Source of the DNA: Candidatus Bathyarchaeota archaeon | GTDB taxonomy: Archaea; Thermoproteota; Bathyarchaeia; Bathyarchaeales; Bathycorpusculaceae | Length of the DNA: 64,000 nucleotides | Direction: 5' to 3' | Assembly (NCBI GenBank): GCA_963772455.1 | Contig: CAVYXJ010000013.1 | Span: 96,001-160,000, forward strand | In this document: positions 62,663-64,000 of the stretch, in pieces | How the letters are laid out: each line of letters starts with the position of its first letter | Numbering within the stretch: the first letter of the stretch is position 1 | Made by a program: the position numbers and the translations under genes | The notes under the pieces: model-generated | The model's database searches: none | What the model was told of the DNA's origin: nothing | What the model saw: only the letters and a program-made list of their open reading frames with translations

Positions 62663-62866
62663 CTATCTATAATCTGCTCGTATTAACTTTTTTGAAAAAT
62701 ATTATAAAATCTACTGAAAAAAATTAGTTAAAGCAAAATATTATTTTTCTGGGCTTTTTTGGAGTTCCTTAAACAGGCAAAATACTGTTCTTTTAGGTTC
62801 AAAGGGATGAAACTATTTATTAAGCCAATGCAGTGACAATATCTTAGTTTACTGGGGCCAAATAAT

Positions 62867-64000
62867 ATGAAAATATTCATTGTTCAATTTCCTTTCGGCG
62901 TAGCAGCCTTCGACGAAAACCATGGCTTAGTCGAAAAAGCTCTGTTTCCAAAAAACGCTCAGGATGCAGCAAAAAGCCTAGTTAAAACCGAGTCTGGAAA
63001 AATATCTGACGAAGTTTCATCACTAATCTCACTTCTAGCAAGCGTTGGTTATGACGTATTTGTTTTTGAATCCGCCAACTTGGCAGCGGAAGCTCAAAAG
63101 AAGATGAAAGTCAACGTTGAAGTAGCTAAGCCAGCAGACACTGCAGTGCTCCATTCACGCATGGGTGAAATAGCCATCGAATCAGGTTTTGCTAAAGATG
63201 AACAAGAACTAAGCGAATGGAACCGCAGTGTCAGCTTAGAACTTGCTAAGATAAGAATTAAAGGCGCCTCAGAAAAACGGGATTTAATTGTTGCTCAAAG
63301 CATTCAAACACTCGATAGTTTAGATCAAACAGTCAACCTCTTTATGGGCAGACTGCGAGAATGGTATGGCGTTTATTTCCCTGAACTTGATCGCTTAATC
63401 GAAAAGCATGAAACTTACTCACGACTCGTTACGAACTTGGGTGATAGGGAAAACTTTACAGTTGAGAATTTAGAGAGAGAAAATATTCCAAAAGAACGAA
63501 CCCAACTTGTTGCGAAAGCAGCGGAATCATCCATGGGCGCAGACATTGCAGAATCAGACCTTGAGATGGTACAAGCTTTAGCCAAAGATGTTCTTAACTT
63601 CTATTTGTTACGTAAAAAAATGGAAGATTATGTTGAGCAAACGATGGAGGAATTGGCGCCAAACGTACGTGCAGTTGCAGGTGCACTTCTCGGAGCGCGC
63701 TTAATCGCTATGGCGGGCAGCCTACGAAACTTGGCGATGAGACCAGCAAGCACCATACAAGTCATAGGCGCAGAAAAAGCCCTCTTCCGCTCACTAAAAA
63801 CAGGAGCCCGCCCACCAAAACACGGCTTAATCTTCCAACATACCCTGCTTCATGATGCAAAAAGGTGGCAACGTGGAAAAATCGCAAGAGTCATAGCAGG
63901 CAAACTCGCAATAGCTGCCAGAACAGATGCTTTCGGAGCAGGCCACTATATTGGAGACAAATTAAAAGCTGACATTAACAAACGCTTAGAAGAAATCCAA
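62867..64000 (+). CDS. nop5: C/D box sRNP subunit Nop5 (Nop56/58), 3'-truncated by window edge
   Basis: Translated by hand (absent from the ORF track): RLREWYGVYFPEL, PASTIQVIGAEKALF, PPKHGLIFQH, RGKIAR. Confidence 0.93.
   Translation, partial: MKIFIVQFPFGVAAFDENHGLVEKALFPKNAQDAAKSLVKTESGKISDEVSSLISLLASVGYDVFVFESANLAAEAQKKMKVNVEVAKPADTAVLHSRMGEIAIESGFAKDEQELSEWNRSVSLELAKIRIKGASEKRDLIVAQSIQTLDSLDQTVNLFMGRLREWYGVYFPELDRLIEKHETYSRLVTNLGDRENFTVENLERENIPKERTQLVAKAAESSMGADIAESDLEMVQALAKDVLNFYLLRKKMEDYVEQTMEELAPNVRAVAGALLGARLIAMAGSLRNLAMRPASTIQVIGAEKALFRSLKTGARPPKHGLIFQHTLLHDAKRWQRGKIARVIAGKLAIAARTDAFGAGHYIGDKLKADINKRLEEIQ

Overview
Archaeal chromosomal window, most consistent with Bathyarchaeia. 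This is an inference from the gene content (fwdDBAC, porCDAB, nfnAB, stand-alone 5S rRNA, DUF1512-map synteny, EF-2 paralog, Kelch surface protein). It holds about 60 CDSs, tRNA-Trp(CCA) with an intron, tRNA-Asn(GTT) and a 5S rRNA. No CRISPR array, integrase or IS was seen. Eight genes are broken by ten single-base insertions, most likely read or assembly errors. Three loci stand out. (1) A wHTH + ATP-cone + class III ribonucleotide reductase fusion lacks the glycyl-radical Gly and catalytic Cys residues, and is a candidate nucleotide-sensing pseudoenzyme regulator. (2) A LysR / DsrE / TusA / double-cubane-cluster reductase / SelD cluster carries repeated LysR-type boxes and is a candidate non-Sec selenium system. 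(3) A ModE-like HTH, an ECF S-component and two membrane-anchored Cys-less SUOX-fold proteins lie inside the Mo/W-cofactor cluster, a candidate pterin or Moco uptake system with a perfect palindromic operator. All calls come from motif recognition only; no searches were run.
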